Shown here in pieces: positions 18,977-30,001 of a stretch of DNA of 64,000 nt. Numbering within the stretch: position 1 is the stretch's first letter; every line of letters starts with the position of its first letter. The position numbers were made by a program, and so were the translations under genes. The stretch spans positions 32,001-96,000 of the forward strand of contig CAWCDG010000006.1 in NCBI GenBank assembly GCA_963794325.1. The letters run 5' to 3'. This DNA is from an uncultured delta proteobacterium (GTDB taxonomy: Bacteria; Desulfobacterota; Binatia; Binatales; Binataceae). Below the pieces are notes generated by a model. That model saw nothing but the letters and a program-made list of their open reading frames with translations. It was not told the origin of the DNA and made no database searches.

Positions 18977-21457
18977 CTACAGACTGACTCTCCGCAGTCT
19001 TAGCGCGTTGGCGATTACCGACACCGAACTCAGACTCATCGCGGCGCTCGCGATGATTGGACTCAGCAGCAGGCCGAATACGGGGTAGAGAACGCCGGCG
19101 GCGATCGGTATCCCGAGCGCGTTGTAGATAAACGCAAAGAAAAGGTTCTGCCGGATGTTGCGCATCGTCGCACGGCTCAAGCGCCGCGCCTTCGCGATAC
19201 CCCGCAGATCACCCTTTACCAACGTGACGCCCGCGCTCTCCATCGCGACGTCGGTGCCTGTTCCCATCGCTATACCGACCTGCGCCTGGGCGAGGGCGGG
19301 CGCGTCGTTGATCCCGTCACCAGCCATCGCGACGATTCGTCCTTCCGACTGCAATCGCTTCACCACCGAGGCTTTCTGATCGGGCAACACCTCTGCCTCG
19401 ACCTGTTCGATACCCAGTTTTTTCGCGACCGCCGCCGCAGTGACCCGGTTGTCGCCGGTCAGCACGACAATCTTGACACCGTCGTCCTGCAGCATCTTCA
19501 GCGCTTCCGCGGTGGACGCCTTGATTGGATCGGCAACGCCGATGAGCCCTGCAGGACGGCCGTCGATCGCGACGAACATCACGGTTTGACCATCTTTGCG
19601 CTGCGCGTCGGCGTCGGCGGAAGCAGAGTCGAAGGCAACGCCGAGCGCGCCCATCATATGCTCATTACCAAGCGCTACTTTGCGGCCCTCGATGCGCCCG
19701 GATACGCCTTGGCCGGTCACCGACTTGAAGTCCTCGGCCGTCGCGAGCGTCAACTTGCGCTCTTCGGCGCCTGCAACCATCGCGGCGGCCAGCGGATGCT
19801 CGCTGCCACGCTCGAGGCTGGCGGCTAGGCGCAACACGTCGGCCTCGGTGAAACCGTCGAGCGCGGTGACCGAGACTAGTCGCGGCTTTCCTTCGGTCAG
19901 AGTCCCGGTCTTGTCGACGACGAGCGTGTTCACCTTCTCGAGAATCTCCAGCGCTTCGGCATTCTTGATCAGTACGCCCGCCGTCGCACCACGCCCAGTG
20001 CCGACCATGATCGCCATGGGAGTCGCAAGCCCGAGCGCGCACGGACACGCGATGATCAGAACTGCGACCGCGTTTACCAGCGCATAAGCCATCCGCGGCT
20101 GCGGGCCGACCATCGCCCAGACAATGAAAGTAATTACGGCGCAGACCAGGACTGCCGGAACGAAATACGACGCGACTACATCGACGAGCCGTTGAATCGG
20201 AGCGCGGCTTCGCTGCGCCTCACTCACCATGCGGACGATCTGCGCGAGCAGCGTATCGCTGCCGACGCGTTCGGCGCGCATGATGAATCCGCCGGTTCCG
20301 TTGATAGTCGCGCCGATCAGCCGGTCTCCCGGTTTCTTCTCGACCGGGATTGGCTCGCCGGTAACCATCGACTCGTCAACCGAGCTCGTCCCCTCCTCTA
20401 CGACGCCATCCACGGGGACCTTCTCGCCCGGCCGGACGCGCAATCGATCACCTGGGACGACGCGATCGAGCGAGATATCCTCCTCGCGGCCGTCGGGCCT
20501 GATTACGCGTGCGGTCTTCGGTGCCAATCCCAGCAACGCTTTGATCGCGCTGCTCGTATTGCTTCGAGCTCGAAGCTCGAGGACCTGGCCGAGAAGTACC
20601 AACGCCGTGATCGCGGCGGCCGCCTCGAAATAGACCGGCACCGAACCGTCGGCGGCACGGAACGAGTCGGGAAATAAATTCGGGAACAGCGCGGCGAATA
20701 GGCTGTAGCCGTAGGCGACGCCGATACCCATCCCGATCAGAGTGAACATGTTGAGGCTGCGGTTGACGATCGATTGCCACCCGCGAACGAACAGCGGCGC
20801 GCCCGCCCACAGCACGACCGGAGTCGCCAGCGCCAATTCAATCCAGGTTCGCGTCGATGCGGCCATCGCGCGCGCGAGCGGATTGCCAGGAATCATGTCG
20901 GACATTTCGATGAGTATCAGTGGAAGCGCGAGCGCGACGCTTATCCAGAAGCGCCGCGTCATATCCGCTAGTTCCGGGGAAACTTCCTCGTCGGCGCTGA
21001 CAACGCGCGGCTCCAGCGTCATGCCGCAGATTGGACAATTGCCCGGCTCGGAGCGGACGATCTGTGGATGCATCGGGCAGACGTATTCGGTTTTCGAAAC
21101 CGGCGCGATAGGAGCGACAGGCTCGAGCGCCATGCCGCACTTCGGGCACGATCCCGGATGGTCCTGCCGAATCTCGGGATGCATCGGGCAGGTGTATAGA
21201 GGAGCGCCCGGCCCGGCCGGTATCGGAGCGCTGGCTTTTGCCGACTCTCTGTTCGGCAAGCCGCGAGCCAGAATGCCGTCAGGATCGGCTTTAAATTTCT
21301 CGAGACAGCGGAGACCGCAAAAGTGGTAGGTCGTTCCGTTATGTTCGAACGATCCCTTGGCCTTGGCGGGATCGACTTGCATCCCGCATACCGGGTCGGT
21401 GACTTTGGCAGTCGCTAGGGGCGCTGCTTTGGCAGCGGCTGGGTAGTCGGCATTCAT
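18977..21457 (-). CDS. copA: Cu(I)/Ag(I) P1B-type ATPase with YHS and two CPMHP metal-binding domains
   Basis: DPVCGM, 2x YxCPMHP, TGE, CPCALG, DKTGT, SEHP, GDGIND, YN..MxxSS. Confidence 0.92.
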   Translation of the reverse strand: MNADYPAAAKAAPLATAKVTDPVCGMQVDPAKAKGSFEHNGTTYHFCGLRCLEKFKADPDGILARGLPNRESAKASAPIPAGPGAPLYTCPMHPEIRQDHPGSCPKCGMALEPVAPIAPVSKTEYVCPMHPQIVRSEPGNCPICGMTLEPRVVSADEEVSPELADMTRRFWISVALALPLILIEMSDMIPGNPLARAMAASTRTWIELALATPVVLWAGAPLFVRGWQSIVNRSLNMFTLIGMGIGVAYGYSLFAALFPNLFPDSFRAADGSVPVYFEAAAAITALVLLGQVLELRARSNTSSAIKALLGLAPKTARVIRPDGREEDISLDRVVPGDRLRVRPGEKVPVDGVVEEGTSSVDESMVTGEPIPVEKKPGDRLIGATINGTGGFIMRAERVGSDTLLAQIVRMVSEAQRSRAPIQRLVDVVASYFVPAVLVCAVITFIVWAMVGPQPRMAYALVNAVAVLIIACPCALGLATPMAIMVGTGRGATAGVLIKNAEALEILEKVNTLVVDKTGTLTEGKPRLVSVTALDGFTEADVLRLAASLERGSEHPLAAAMVAGAEERKLTLATAEDFKSVTGQGVSGRIEGRKVALGNEHMMGALGVAFDSASADADAQRKDGQTVMFVAIDGRPAGLIGVADPIKASTAEALKMLQDDGVKIVVLTGDNRVTAAAVAKKLGIEQVEAEVLPDQKASVVKRLQSEGRIVAMAGDGINDAPALAQAQVGIAMGTGTDVAMESAGVTLVKGDLRGIAKARRLSRATMRNIRQNLFFAFIYNALGIPIAAGVLYPVFGLLLSPIIASAAMSLSSVSVIANALRLRRVSL

Positions 21458-22185
21458 ATCAGAAGCTTTGCGCCATGGCGCCATCGGAAATCGCAGCGTT
21501 CAGCTCCGCCGGCGATAGATCCGGTTCGTTCAAGCTCGGCGCCCCAATCCTTGGCGAGCGGAAAATCCAGGTTGCAAAAGGTTTGAACACAGAGCGCCGA
21601 CCTGTTCCTCGATGAGAAGTATTGTGCCGCGGGACAACGCAGGCAATCAAACGCGACTACGCTCGCTTCAGCGGCAACCTCCTTCCATTGGTATGCCGGC
21701 GAACTGAACGGGAAGCGCCGGAACATCTGGGTCGCGACTCTCATTCGTTGAAGCTTGTCTTTTCCTGCCTTGCGACTGAGCATCCACACGACTGCGCCCA
21801 TCTTCCGATAAATTACCCATCCCACATCCACCACCAACTGAGTGGCGTCTTCGTCCGTGCGTCCCGAGTCGATCAGTGCCTGATGAAGCGCGATGGTAAT
21901 TGCCGCGAGATGCAGCACTTGCGTGGGACCGAAACCTTCTTTCGTCGGTACTGTAGGCGCCGATTCAGCGTAGCCGCGCCACACGGCCGCAAGCATTCTG
22001 CCGGCCTCGTCGCGCGGCATCCGGGTCGCGAGAAACTTCCGCACCGATGGTTCGAGCAAGCTTCGGAGAACCAAAGTTCGCAGTTTAATCGCGAATGACA
22101 CGTTTGTGGTTTGGACTCGCGTTCCGTACCTACTGAATCTGAAACTGAGTTGATCTATGGTCCGACTTAGTTCGCACCGGAACAA
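21454..22185 (-). CDS. L-2-amino-thiazoline-4-carboxylate hydrolase-like protein
   Basis: [34 protein letters not shown]; stop overlaps the copA ATG; start uncertain. Confidence 0.7.
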   Translation of the reverse strand: MFRCELSRTIDQLSFRFSRYGTRVQTTNVSFAIKLRTLVLRSLLEPSVRKFLATRMPRDEAGRMLAAVWRGYAESAPTVPTKEGFGPTQVLHLAAITIALHQALIDSGRTDEDATQLVVDVGWVIYRKMGAVVWMLSRKAGKDKLQRMRVATQMFRRFPFSSPAYQWKEVAAEASVVAFDCLRCPAAQYFSSRNRSALCVQTFCNLDFPLAKDWGAELERTGSIAGGAERCDFRWRHGAKLLI

Positions 22186-22338
22186 TCGAGAGGCGCGAAC
22201 TGAGCGGCGTGCGCGTGCCCCAAAGAACTATCCGCTCGCGATTTGCGCCGATACCTCACTCCTCAGAGGCTGCCAGCCAAACCGTCAAGCCGGGCGCTGT
22301 CTTGCCGATATCACGTTGTAAAGCGGGACCCAGATGAG

Positions 22339-22428
22339 TTAGGTCGTGCCCTTGTGCTCGAACGATCGCTTGCTCGTGGCGGGATCGAGCTGCATCCCGC
22401 ACACCGGGTCAACGACTTTACTACTCAT
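22339..22428 (-). pseudogene. truncated YHS-domain fragment
   Basis: GAGG RBS; MSSKVVDPVCGMQLDPATSKRSFEHKGTT then TAA where the CopA YHS domain has Tyr. Confidence 0.7.
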
Positions 22429-22468
22429 AACCTCAGTCTGGGGCGACTGATGTTGGAAGATACCGAGC

Positions 22469-23086
22469 CTATGGATTCTTGCGCGCGACGATCACCGTAT
22501 GCACTGACATCGGGCTGATCTTGTTGTTGCGCTCGAGCGTGATCGAATGACCCTTGAGCACGTCCTGCTTGCGCAGCTTGGTGGTCCATCCCAGTTGCCG
22601 CGTGATTGGATTCACCACGGTGTTGATCGCTGCAACCAGTTTATTCGAGCTCTGGAAATGCGTCGTCATCGCGATCCGCCCGCCCGGCTTACACACCCGC
22701 ACCATCTCCGACATCATCCGGTACGGATCGGGCACCACGGTCAGCACGTGGAACGAGGTGACGTAGTCGAAGCTGTCGTCGGGATAGTCGAGATTCAGCG
22801 CGTCGCCCTGCCGCAGCTCGATATGCTTCCAGCCATTTTCAGTGACGCGCTTCTTCGCGCGCTCGAGCATGTCGTGCGACGGATCGATCGCGACGACGTG
22901 AGCGTATGGCGGATATCCGCCGAGCGCGATACCGGTGCCGACGCCGACTTCGAGCACGCGATTGCCGGGCCTGAGATTCAGGCTCTCGATAACCTCATGC
23001 TCGCGATCGACGAAAACCCGGCCGAAGAAAAAATCATAGAACCGCGCGAGGTCTGAATAGACGCGGCTTTCATGCGGTTGGGACAT
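22469..23086 (-). CDS. class I SAM methyltransferase (PmtA-like phospholipid N-methyltransferase)
   Basis: VLEVGVGTG, VLTVVPDP..EMVRVCKPGG. Confidence 0.8.
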   Translation of the reverse strand: MSQPHESRVYSDLARFYDFFFGRVFVDREHEVIESLNLRPGNRVLEVGVGTGIALGGYPPYAHVVAIDPSHDMLERAKKRVTENGWKHIELRQGDALNLDYPDDSFDYVTSFHVLTVVPDPYRMMSEMVRVCKPGGRIAMTTHFQSSNKLVAAINTVVNPITRQLGWTTKLRKQDVLKGHSITLERNNKISPMSVHTVIVARKNP

Positions 23087-23151
23087 TGGAAGCTCCCTTG
23101 GGTTGTGCGGCCCAGGAGATCAGTGCGGGACAGGAGCTTCAGCGCGTGGCG

Positions 23152-23346
23152 TCAAGCCGCCGCGTTGATTCCTCGCAACTGACGTTTGACAGAAGTTATA
23201 TCACGCTTGCGAAATCGCCACTGACGGCCTTTTTTGAAGGCCGGAATAATGTTGCGCCGTGCAAATTCATTCACAGTGTCGGGGCTGAGGTCGAGCAGGA
23301 ATGCGACTTCGCGGGAGTTCAGCAGTATGTCGTCTTTATCGGCCAT
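23152..23346 (-). CDS. excisionase-like helix-turn-helix DNA-binding protein
   Basis: LLNSREVAFLLDLSPDTV..IPAFKKGRQWRF (HTH_17 pattern). Confidence 0.8.
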   Translation of the reverse strand: MADKDDILLNSREVAFLLDLSPDTVNEFARRNIIPAFKKGRQWRFRKRDITSVKRQLRGINAAA

Positions 23347-23507
23347 GTCAGTCCAACAAGACGCCTTTCGGGAATTTTGTCGTGACGCGAATTTGTAATA
23401 TGCGCCTAGCGCCGAAGTCAAGGTAAAAGCTACCAAACACCTGAAAGTTTTCTCAAAATGCCGTCGCGATCATTTAAGTCTATGTCTTATAACGCAATTA
23501 ACGAGGT

Positions 23508-25172
23508 CTAAACGCTAATCTGAGTCAGCTTGCGCGTCTGAATTCTGTAATCATACCAAGCCCGCGTAACCACAATACATGAAAACAGGCCGGTCAGCAC
23601 TCCGACGCATAGAGTGACGGCGAAGCCTTTGACCGGGCCAGTTCCAAACTGAAACAGGATCAAGCCGGCCGCGAAGGTCGAAATATTCGAGTCGCGAATC
23701 GCTGACCACGCGCGCTCATAGCCGAGCTTCACCGCCTCGCGCGGCGACTTGCCGTTGCGCAACTCCTCGCGCATGCGCTCGTTCACCAGCACGTTCGCGT
23801 CCACTGACATGCCGAGCGTCAGCACGATCCCTGCGATACCGGGTAACGTGAGCGTCGCGCCGAGCGCAGCCATCACGCAGATCAGCAGCAGGATATTCAG
23901 CGTCAGCCCGAAGTCCGCGAGTAGACCTGCGCCGCTGTAGTACACCGCCATGAAAATCAGCACCGCGCCCGCACCGATCACGAATGACATCTCGCCCTGG
24001 CGAATCGAATCGCGGCCGAGCGACGGACCGACCGTGCGCTCCTCTTCGATTTCGACCGGCGCAGGCAGCGCTCCTGATCGCAACACGATCGCCAGATCGT
24101 GCGCCTCGTCCAACGAGAAGCGGCCGGTTATCTGAACGTGACCGCCGGGAATTCGCTCTTTGATAACCGGCGCGGAGTAAACCGTCTTGTCGAGCACGAT
24201 CGCCAGGCGGCGCCCGACGTTTTGCGACGTCATCGCATCGAAGATACCCGCGCCGCGATTATCCAGCTCGACCGCAACGTACGGACCCTCGAGCCGCGCG
24301 CCCGGACGCACGCGCGCATCCGTGACGACGTCACCCGTCATCAGCACCGGAGACTCGACCAGATAGGGCTCGCGGCCGCCACGCTCCGAGGTGCCGTAGA
24401 GGATTTCGTCGCCGGGCGGCGGACCATTCTTGATCGCGTCCTGCACGTTGCTCGTATCGTCAACCAGCTTGAATTCGAGCACCGCCGTCTTGCCGATCAG
24501 TTCCTTGGCGCGCTCCGGATCCTGGATACCGGGGAGCTGCACCAGGATCTCGTTGTCACCTTCCTTGGCGACCGTAGTTTCGCGCACGCCGAGCTGATCG
24601 ATTCGGTTGCGAATCGTTTCCAGCGCCTGGTCCATCGCGTTGGATCGAATCGTCTGCAACTCCTGCGGCTTGTAGGCGAGCGAATACGACGGACCGGGAC
24701 TGGACGAGTCGGTGTTGCTCGACACGGTCAAATCCGGAAACGATTTCTGCGCGAGGTCGAGGAACGCCGTGCGATCGGAGCTCGATTTCAGCTTGACGAT
24801 CAAATTGCCGGAATCGTCAACCGCGATGTTGCTGAAATCTATCTTGTTGTCCTTCAGCTCTTTTTTGAGGTCATCGGCGCGGCGGCGCAGCTGGGTATGA
24901 ACCGCCTCGTCGAGCTTCACGGCCATCAGCAGATGCGTTCCGCCCTGCAAGTCGAGACCGAGCTGAATCTTGGTCGCACCGAATCCAGCTTTGAACCAAT
25001 CGGGCAGATCGATGTTCAGGCTCGGCAGCAGGATTAGCACCGCCGCCAGCACGATCGCGCCGGCCAGGTAGATCCGCGTGAGGCCGCTGCCGTTGGTGAA
25101 ATGCATATAGAGAAAGGACACGATCAGCACGAGCAGGATCAGGATCGGTCCGAAACTTTGCGACTGTTCCAC
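23508..25172 (-). CDS. secD: protein translocase subunit SecD
   Basis: LGLDLQGG, RNRIDQLGV, LRSGALP, GMSVDANV, GTGPVKGFA. Confidence 0.95.
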   Translation of the reverse strand: MEQSQSFGPILILLVLIVSFLYMHFTNGSGLTRIYLAGAIVLAAVLILLPSLNIDLPDWFKAGFGATKIQLGLDLQGGTHLLMAVKLDEAVHTQLRRRADDLKKELKDNKIDFSNIAVDDSGNLIVKLKSSSDRTAFLDLAQKSFPDLTVSSNTDSSSPGPSYSLAYKPQELQTIRSNAMDQALETIRNRIDQLGVRETTVAKEGDNEILVQLPGIQDPERAKELIGKTAVLEFKLVDDTSNVQDAIKNGPPPGDEILYGTSERGGREPYLVESPVLMTGDVVTDARVRPGARLEGPYVAVELDNRGAGIFDAMTSQNVGRRLAIVLDKTVYSAPVIKERIPGGHVQITGRFSLDEAHDLAIVLRSGALPAPVEIEEERTVGPSLGRDSIRQGEMSFVIGAGAVLIFMAVYYSGAGLLADFGLTLNILLLICVMAALGATLTLPGIAGIVLTLGMSVDANVLVNERMREELRNGKSPREAVKLGYERAWSAIRDSNISTFAAGLILFQFGTGPVKGFAVTLCVGVLTGLFSCIVVTRAWYDYRIQTRKLTQISV

Positions 25173-25185
25173 TATGATGAAGCCT

Positions 25186-25545
25186 CTACTTGTCTTCTTT
25201 CTTCGGCGACGTCTTGTAGCTCGAAATCCCCGCGATTTGCGCTCGCTCGACCCGCAGCCTGACGTTGGGCGCGACTTCGAGCGTGATCACTTTCTCACCG
25301 GCGTCCTGAATCCGCCCGATGATTCCGCCGGTGGTCACCACCTCGTCGTTGCGCTTGAGCGCGCTCAGCATCTTCGCCTGCTCCTGCGCCTTTTTGTTCT
25401 GCGGTCGGAACACCAGGAAATACATGACGCCGACCACCAGCGCCATAATCGGCCCCGGCCCGGTCAGCAACTGCTGAACAAACGACGGATTATCGGTCGG
25501 CGCGGCGGCGGCGGCCTGCGCCCATGCGGTACCTTCAAATAACAT
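25186..25545 (-). CDS. yajC: preprotein translocase subunit YajC
   Basis: MYFLVFRPQ..LKRNDEVVTTGGIIG; synteny with tgt and secD. Confidence 0.95.
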   Translation of the reverse strand: MLFEGTAWAQAAAAAPTDNPSFVQQLLTGPGPIMALVVGVMYFLVFRPQNKKAQEQAKMLSALKRNDEVVTTGGIIGRIQDAGEKVITLEVAPNVRLRVERAQIAGISSYKTSPKKEDK

Positions 25546-25584
25546 CAGATCACTTCCTTAAAACACTGCTCGACAGTTCAATCA

Positions 25585-26709
25585 TTAGTCTTCATCTTTC
25601 CTGAAAAGACTTTCCTGAAAGGCTACCTTCGCGAACGCCGTGAAATTACCGGATGAAATAGCGTCCCGGCACTGGTGCATCAAGCTCGCGAAGAAGTGGA
25701 GATTATGCTCCGTAAGCGCGCGCGCCGCGAGTATCTCGCCCGACAAATATAGATGACGCAGGTAGGCGCGTGAATGGGTCCGGCACGGGCGGCATTCACA
25801 GGCCGGATCGAGCGGCCTCGAATCGCGCGCATGTATGGCCTGCTTGATCGAGACCGCCCCGGCGCTGGTGAAGGCCATCCCGTTGCGCGCGTTTCGCGTC
25901 GGCAGCACGCAGTCGAACATGTCGAAGCCCATCGCGATTGCGGCGATCAGGTCCGAGGGCGTGCCGACACCCATCAGGTAGCGCGGTTTGTCCGCCGGCA
26001 TCATCGACGCGGACAGCTCCGCCATTTCCAGCATCGCGGTCTTCGGCTCGCCGACTGAAAGTCCGCCCGCCGCGTAGCCGTCGAACGGAATCGACGTTAT
26101 CTGCGACGCACTCATCTTGCGTAGGTCTTCGAAAATGCTGCCCTGGATAATCCCGAACAGCGCCTGCGTGGTGCTCTTGCGCGCCGCGAGGCTGCGCTCG
26201 GCCCATCGCGCGGTGAGTTCCAGCGATTTGAGCGCGCGGCGATGCTCGGCCGGGAACGGCGTGCATTCGTCCAGCGCCATCATGATGTCGGCGCCGAGCT
26301 GTTCCTGAATGTCGATTGCACTTTCGGGCGTGAGCATCAGCGGCGCGCCGTCGAGATGCGAGCGAAAGCGGATCCCCTCTTCATTGATCGAATTGATTTT
26401 CGCCAGGCTCATCGCCTGGAAGCCGCCCGAGTCGGTCAGCACTGCGCCGGGGAATCCCATGAAGCGCGCGACGCCGCCCATTTCCCGGATCAGCTCGGCG
26501 CCCGGACGAATCGCGAGATGGTACGCGTTGGCGAGCACCATCCTGTAGCCCATCGACCACAACTCGTCTGGCGCCATCGCTTTGACCGCGGCGCGAGTGC
26601 CGACTGGCATGAAAGCGGGCGTCGCGATGGTGCCGTGCGGAGTAACGATCTGCCCGGCGCGCGCGTCGCCCTCGACCGCAGTTACGCTGAATTCGATCGG
26701 CCCGTTCAC
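25585..26709 (-). CDS. tgt: tRNA-guanine transglycosylase
   Basis: TPAFMPVGT, TDSGGFQ, RYLMGVG, DCVLPTRNAR, CECRPC; GTG start overlaps the queA stop. Confidence 0.95.
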   Translation of the reverse strand: MNGPIEFSVTAVEGDARAGQIVTPHGTIATPAFMPVGTRAAVKAMAPDELWSMGYRMVLANAYHLAIRPGAELIREMGGVARFMGFPGAVLTDSGGFQAMSLAKINSINEEGIRFRSHLDGAPLMLTPESAIDIQEQLGADIMMALDECTPFPAEHRRALKSLELTARWAERSLAARKSTTQALFGIIQGSIFEDLRKMSASQITSIPFDGYAAGGLSVGEPKTAMLEMAELSASMMPADKPRYLMGVGTPSDLIAAIAMGFDMFDCVLPTRNARNGMAFTSAGAVSIKQAIHARDSRPLDPACECRPCRTHSRAYLRHLYLSGEILAARALTEHNLHFFASLMHQCRDAISSGNFTAFAKVAFQESLFRKDED

Positions 26710-27734
26710 AGGATCAACATCGCATCGCCGTAGCTGAGAAAGCGGTAGCGATGCCGAATCGCGTCGCGATACGCCGCGAGAAGCTGGTCGCGTCCCGCAA
26801 AAGCCATCGCGAGCGCGAGCACCGTCGTGCGCGGCATGTGGAAATTCGTCAGCATCGCGTCTGCCAGCTTGAAGCGAAATCCCTGATGAATAAAGAGCCC
26901 GGTGAAACCCTCGACGTCGCCGGTAATCGCCCACGACTCGATCGCGCGCATCGAACTGGTCCCGACCGTGATGATCCGCCCGCCGATTCGCCGCGCGTGC
27001 TCGATTGCAACCTGCGTCGCCGGAGGAATCGTGTACCACTCGGACTCCATCGTATGACTCTCGACCTCGACCGCGCGCACCGGCGCGAACGTGCCGGGTC
27101 CAATATGCAGCGTGACGGTCGCGGTGCGGATGCCCGCGTCGGCCAGCGCTTTGAATACGTCGTCAGTAAAATGCAGTCCCGCAGTGGGCGCCGCGATCGC
27201 GCCGGGCCTCGAGGCATACACGGTCTGGTAGTCGTCGATGTCAGCGGGCCCGACTGTGCGATGTATATAATGAGGCAGCGCGAGGGTGCCATCGAGCTGG
27301 AGTATCTGTTCGATCGAGACTTCGCCCTCAGCTACGACGATCGGCCGCCCAGGCCGCGCATAGCCCGCAATTCGGAGCACATGACCGTCGCCAAGGATCA
27401 GCCGCGCGTTATCCTTGAGCACGCGATGGGTCCGAATCAAGGCGAGCCATGCGCCCGCCGGACCCTCACTCGGACTGGCCGGCCGCACCATCAGCAACTC
27501 GACGCGCCCGCCCGATTCCTTCTGCGCAAACAGTCGCGCCGGCAGCACCCGCGTGTCGTTCAGCACGATCAGGTCGCCTTCGCGCAGATGACGGACGAGT
27601 TTGTAGAAGCGGGAATGCTCGATCAATTTGGATTTGCGATCGAGAACAAGCAGCCGCGCCTCATCGCGACGAGCCAGCGGCTCCTGCGCAATCAGTTCTT
27701 CAGACAAATCGTAGTCGAGTTCGGACAGCCGCAT
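26706..27734 (-). CDS. queA: S-adenosylmethionine:tRNA ribosyltransferase-isomerase
   Basis: LIAQEP, NDTRVLPARL, YQTVYA..AAPTAGLHF, YRFLSYGDAM. Confidence 0.95.
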   Translation of the reverse strand: MRLSELDYDLSEELIAQEPLARRDEARLLVLDRKSKLIEHSRFYKLVRHLREGDLIVLNDTRVLPARLFAQKESGGRVELLMVRPASPSEGPAGAWLALIRTHRVLKDNARLILGDGHVLRIAGYARPGRPIVVAEGEVSIEQILQLDGTLALPHYIHRTVGPADIDDYQTVYASRPGAIAAPTAGLHFTDDVFKALADAGIRTATVTLHIGPGTFAPVRAVEVESHTMESEWYTIPPATQVAIEHARRIGGRIITVGTSSMRAIESWAITGDVEGFTGLFIHQGFRFKLADAMLTNFHMPRTTVLALAMAFAGRDQLLAAYRDAIRHRYRFLSYGDAMLIL

Positions 27735-27813
27735 CTCAGATAACCGGAGACTCCGCCAGATACGAGTAGAGCACGGCGGAAGTGCGGCTTGAAACTGACG
27801 CGCCGCGAATCGG

Positions 27814-28368
27814 TTAATGCCTGAGCAGTGATTTCCGGATCGCCTGATGTTTGGTTTGCGGATGAAGCCATACGTTCATGACCGCCGGGCAGAATGACGG
27901 ATCGTCAACCTCGCCGGTGCTCGAATCGTTCAAATAGGCAATCGTCCGGTTGGTGTCGGAGCAGAAGATTACGACCTGATCGCCCCGCCGAACGTTGGGA
28001 ATGAGCTTTTTCATTTCCGACTGCCAGATTCCAAGTTGGCGTGAGTCGCCAAGCTTGAGGTCGCGCATCTCGGCGATCGCGTTTTTTATCAAAGTGTCGG
28101 CGGGAACGTCGCGACCCGGCTCGATATCGAGCGCGTGAGGGGCCGCCGCAGACCATTGCGGGCCGACAATCCACAACGTCGCGTCGTACATCCTGATGCC
28201 CCACAACGAGTGGCGGCCTTTCCCGAACGGATGCATCCCCGGAGCCCTAGAAGCGATCTGCGTCGGCAGCGGCCGATGGCTGGCGATTGCCGAGGAAGCG
28301 AAAATCACAACCAGGATCATCGCCCCGAGTCTTAAGGCGGCGGCGCCGGCAGGAATTCGGTGTGTCAT
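27814..28368 (-). CDS. chalcone-isomerase-like family periplasmic protein
   Basis: GKGRHSLWGIRMYDATLW..PNVRRGD..FCPAVMNVWL. Confidence 0.7.
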   Translation of the reverse strand: MTHRIPAGAAALRLGAMILVVIFASSAIASHRPLPTQIASRAPGMHPFGKGRHSLWGIRMYDATLWIVGPQWSAAAPHALDIEPGRDVPADTLIKNAIAEMRDLKLGDSRQLGIWQSEMKKLIPNVRRGDQVVIFCSDTNRTIAYLNDSSTGEVDDPSFCPAVMNVWLHPQTKHQAIRKSLLRH

Positions 28369-28391
28369 CAGCAGCCGAATCAGGGCGGCGC

Positions 28392-29735
28392 TCAGAATGG
28401 ATAGTTGATGCCGGAAAAAACTGCCGCGCCTTCGCCACCCCATCCGACATCGACGAAGCCGACTACGAACGGCTCTGCAATCGCGCGGAATCCAATTCCG
28501 CCGACCGGATGCATTTCCGAGAACGGGTTGTAAGAGAGGTTGTGTGCGACGCGTCCCGCTTCCGCGAACGGCGCAAGCTCGAGGATGCCATGGGTGCCGA
28601 AGAGGGTTTTGTCCCACACTCGCGTGCGCATCTCGACGTTCATGACGAACAGGTTGTTGTCGATGAAACGTCCGGCGCCGTAACCCCGCAGAGTTTCCTG
28701 ATCGGTCAACAAACTCTCGTCGCCGCCGAGCCGCGCCTGCGACCAGAATGGAATCTCGCCGGCAACCGGCTCGTATTCGTTGAATACGTGACCGGCAAAC
28801 GTGATGCGCTCGCCCACGGTGTAAAACTCGCGTAGCTCCCCGCCAAAGCGGTTGTACGAAATCGAACTGCCGAATCTCCGATCCGCAACAGCGTAGTAGA
28901 GGCGCCCGAGCTGGCCCGATCGCGGGATATCAACTGAATCGCGCGAGTCGTATTGAAGCACCCACTGCGAAAGAACTTCGCTGCCCCCGTTCAGGCCCTT
29001 CTGATGCGGGAACTCCTTGAAGATTGACGGCACCGAGGTGAAGCCGCCGTCCTCGATTCGCACATAGCGCGGGCGCTCCATCATCGAGAGCTGCAGCTTG
29101 TCACTGAAATTCAGGCCGAGAATCGCCTCTCCGTAGATTTGCTTGGTCGTGTAGTTGCTCTGGTTTCCCTCGTGAGAATGGTTGCCGGTTCCGAAGAAAC
29201 GCTCGGTCGGATCCTTCTCGAAAAAGAAGCGCCCCTCGAACGAAAACAACTTCTTATGCTCGCGTCCGGTCTGGTAATCGATATCGACGTTGCGCGCGAT
29301 AGTCTCCTGCGCACCAGCCTCCGCGTACCAGTTGGTGTCCGACGACGGATACGCCAGGTAGCGAAAATTGCCGCCCGGCCCCAGCGTACTGTTGGCGTTG
29401 ATATCGGGCGCCAGGATGCTGCTGATCTCGTTCTTGTTATCGGTGAATAACCAAACCGGCAAGACGCCGTAAGTGACGCCGCCGTTTGGATCGGTTGCGA
29501 CCTCGGGCACGGGAATGAACGGCCACGAATTTGGATCCTGAATCTTGAATGCTTTCCAATCGTACTGCGGCATGCTCCAGGTGCTGGGATGCAAGAGCGA
29601 GAATTGAGACGACGACGTCGGCACCGACGAGGTTGGCACCGGAGCCGAGGCCACCGGGGACGAGTCGGGGTGCGCAGTAGCTGCCGCAATTACAAATGTG
29701 GTGATGAAGATGAGGGAGGCGAGGATGCGCCGCAT
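28392..29735 (-). CDS. BamA/TamA (Omp85) family outer-membrane beta-barrel protein
   Basis: Signal peptide, LRGYGAGRF motif, C-terminal INYPF. Confidence 0.8.
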   Translation of the reverse strand: MRRILASLIFITTFVIAAATAHPDSSPVASAPVPTSSVPTSSSQFSLLHPSTWSMPQYDWKAFKIQDPNSWPFIPVPEVATDPNGGVTYGVLPVWLFTDNKNEISSILAPDINANSTLGPGGNFRYLAYPSSDTNWYAEAGAQETIARNVDIDYQTGREHKKLFSFEGRFFFEKDPTERFFGTGNHSHEGNQSNYTTKQIYGEAILGLNFSDKLQLSMMERPRYVRIEDGGFTSVPSIFKEFPHQKGLNGGSEVLSQWVLQYDSRDSVDIPRSGQLGRLYYAVADRRFGSSISYNRFGGELREFYTVGERITFAGHVFNEYEPVAGEIPFWSQARLGGDESLLTDQETLRGYGAGRFIDNNLFVMNVEMRTRVWDKTLFGTHGILELAPFAEAGRVAHNLSYNPFSEMHPVGGIGFRAIAEPFVVGFVDVGWGGEGAAVFSGINYPF

Positions 29736-30001
29736 TATCAGATCCTGAAATTAAGCTTTGCCTGCTGACATTCGGCTACTCTTCCACCACTCCCATCACC
29801 CCTGCTCGCGGCACCCGCGAGTCCCCACACCGAACGATGGTAGAAGGTGACAGGCTTGCGCGATGCAATCAACCCTTTTGTGCTTACGATTCGTTCATCT
29901 TGCAAACCGGACCCTCGCGACGCTCGTGCGCTTTTCGGCGACGGCGTAAATGTGCAAGGATTCGGTGCGAGCGGAAAGATTTCCTCAAAAGGAGTTCGGT
30001 A

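Noticed and set aside
23152-23346. Excisionase-like HTH as a prophage/ICE marker
   Set aside because: No integrase, phage genes or att repeats nearby; probably a stand-alone regulator.
29740-30000. TPP riboswitch upstream of the TPP-dependent enzyme
   Set aside because: Conserved CUGAGA and GAACCUGA/AGGGA elements not found.
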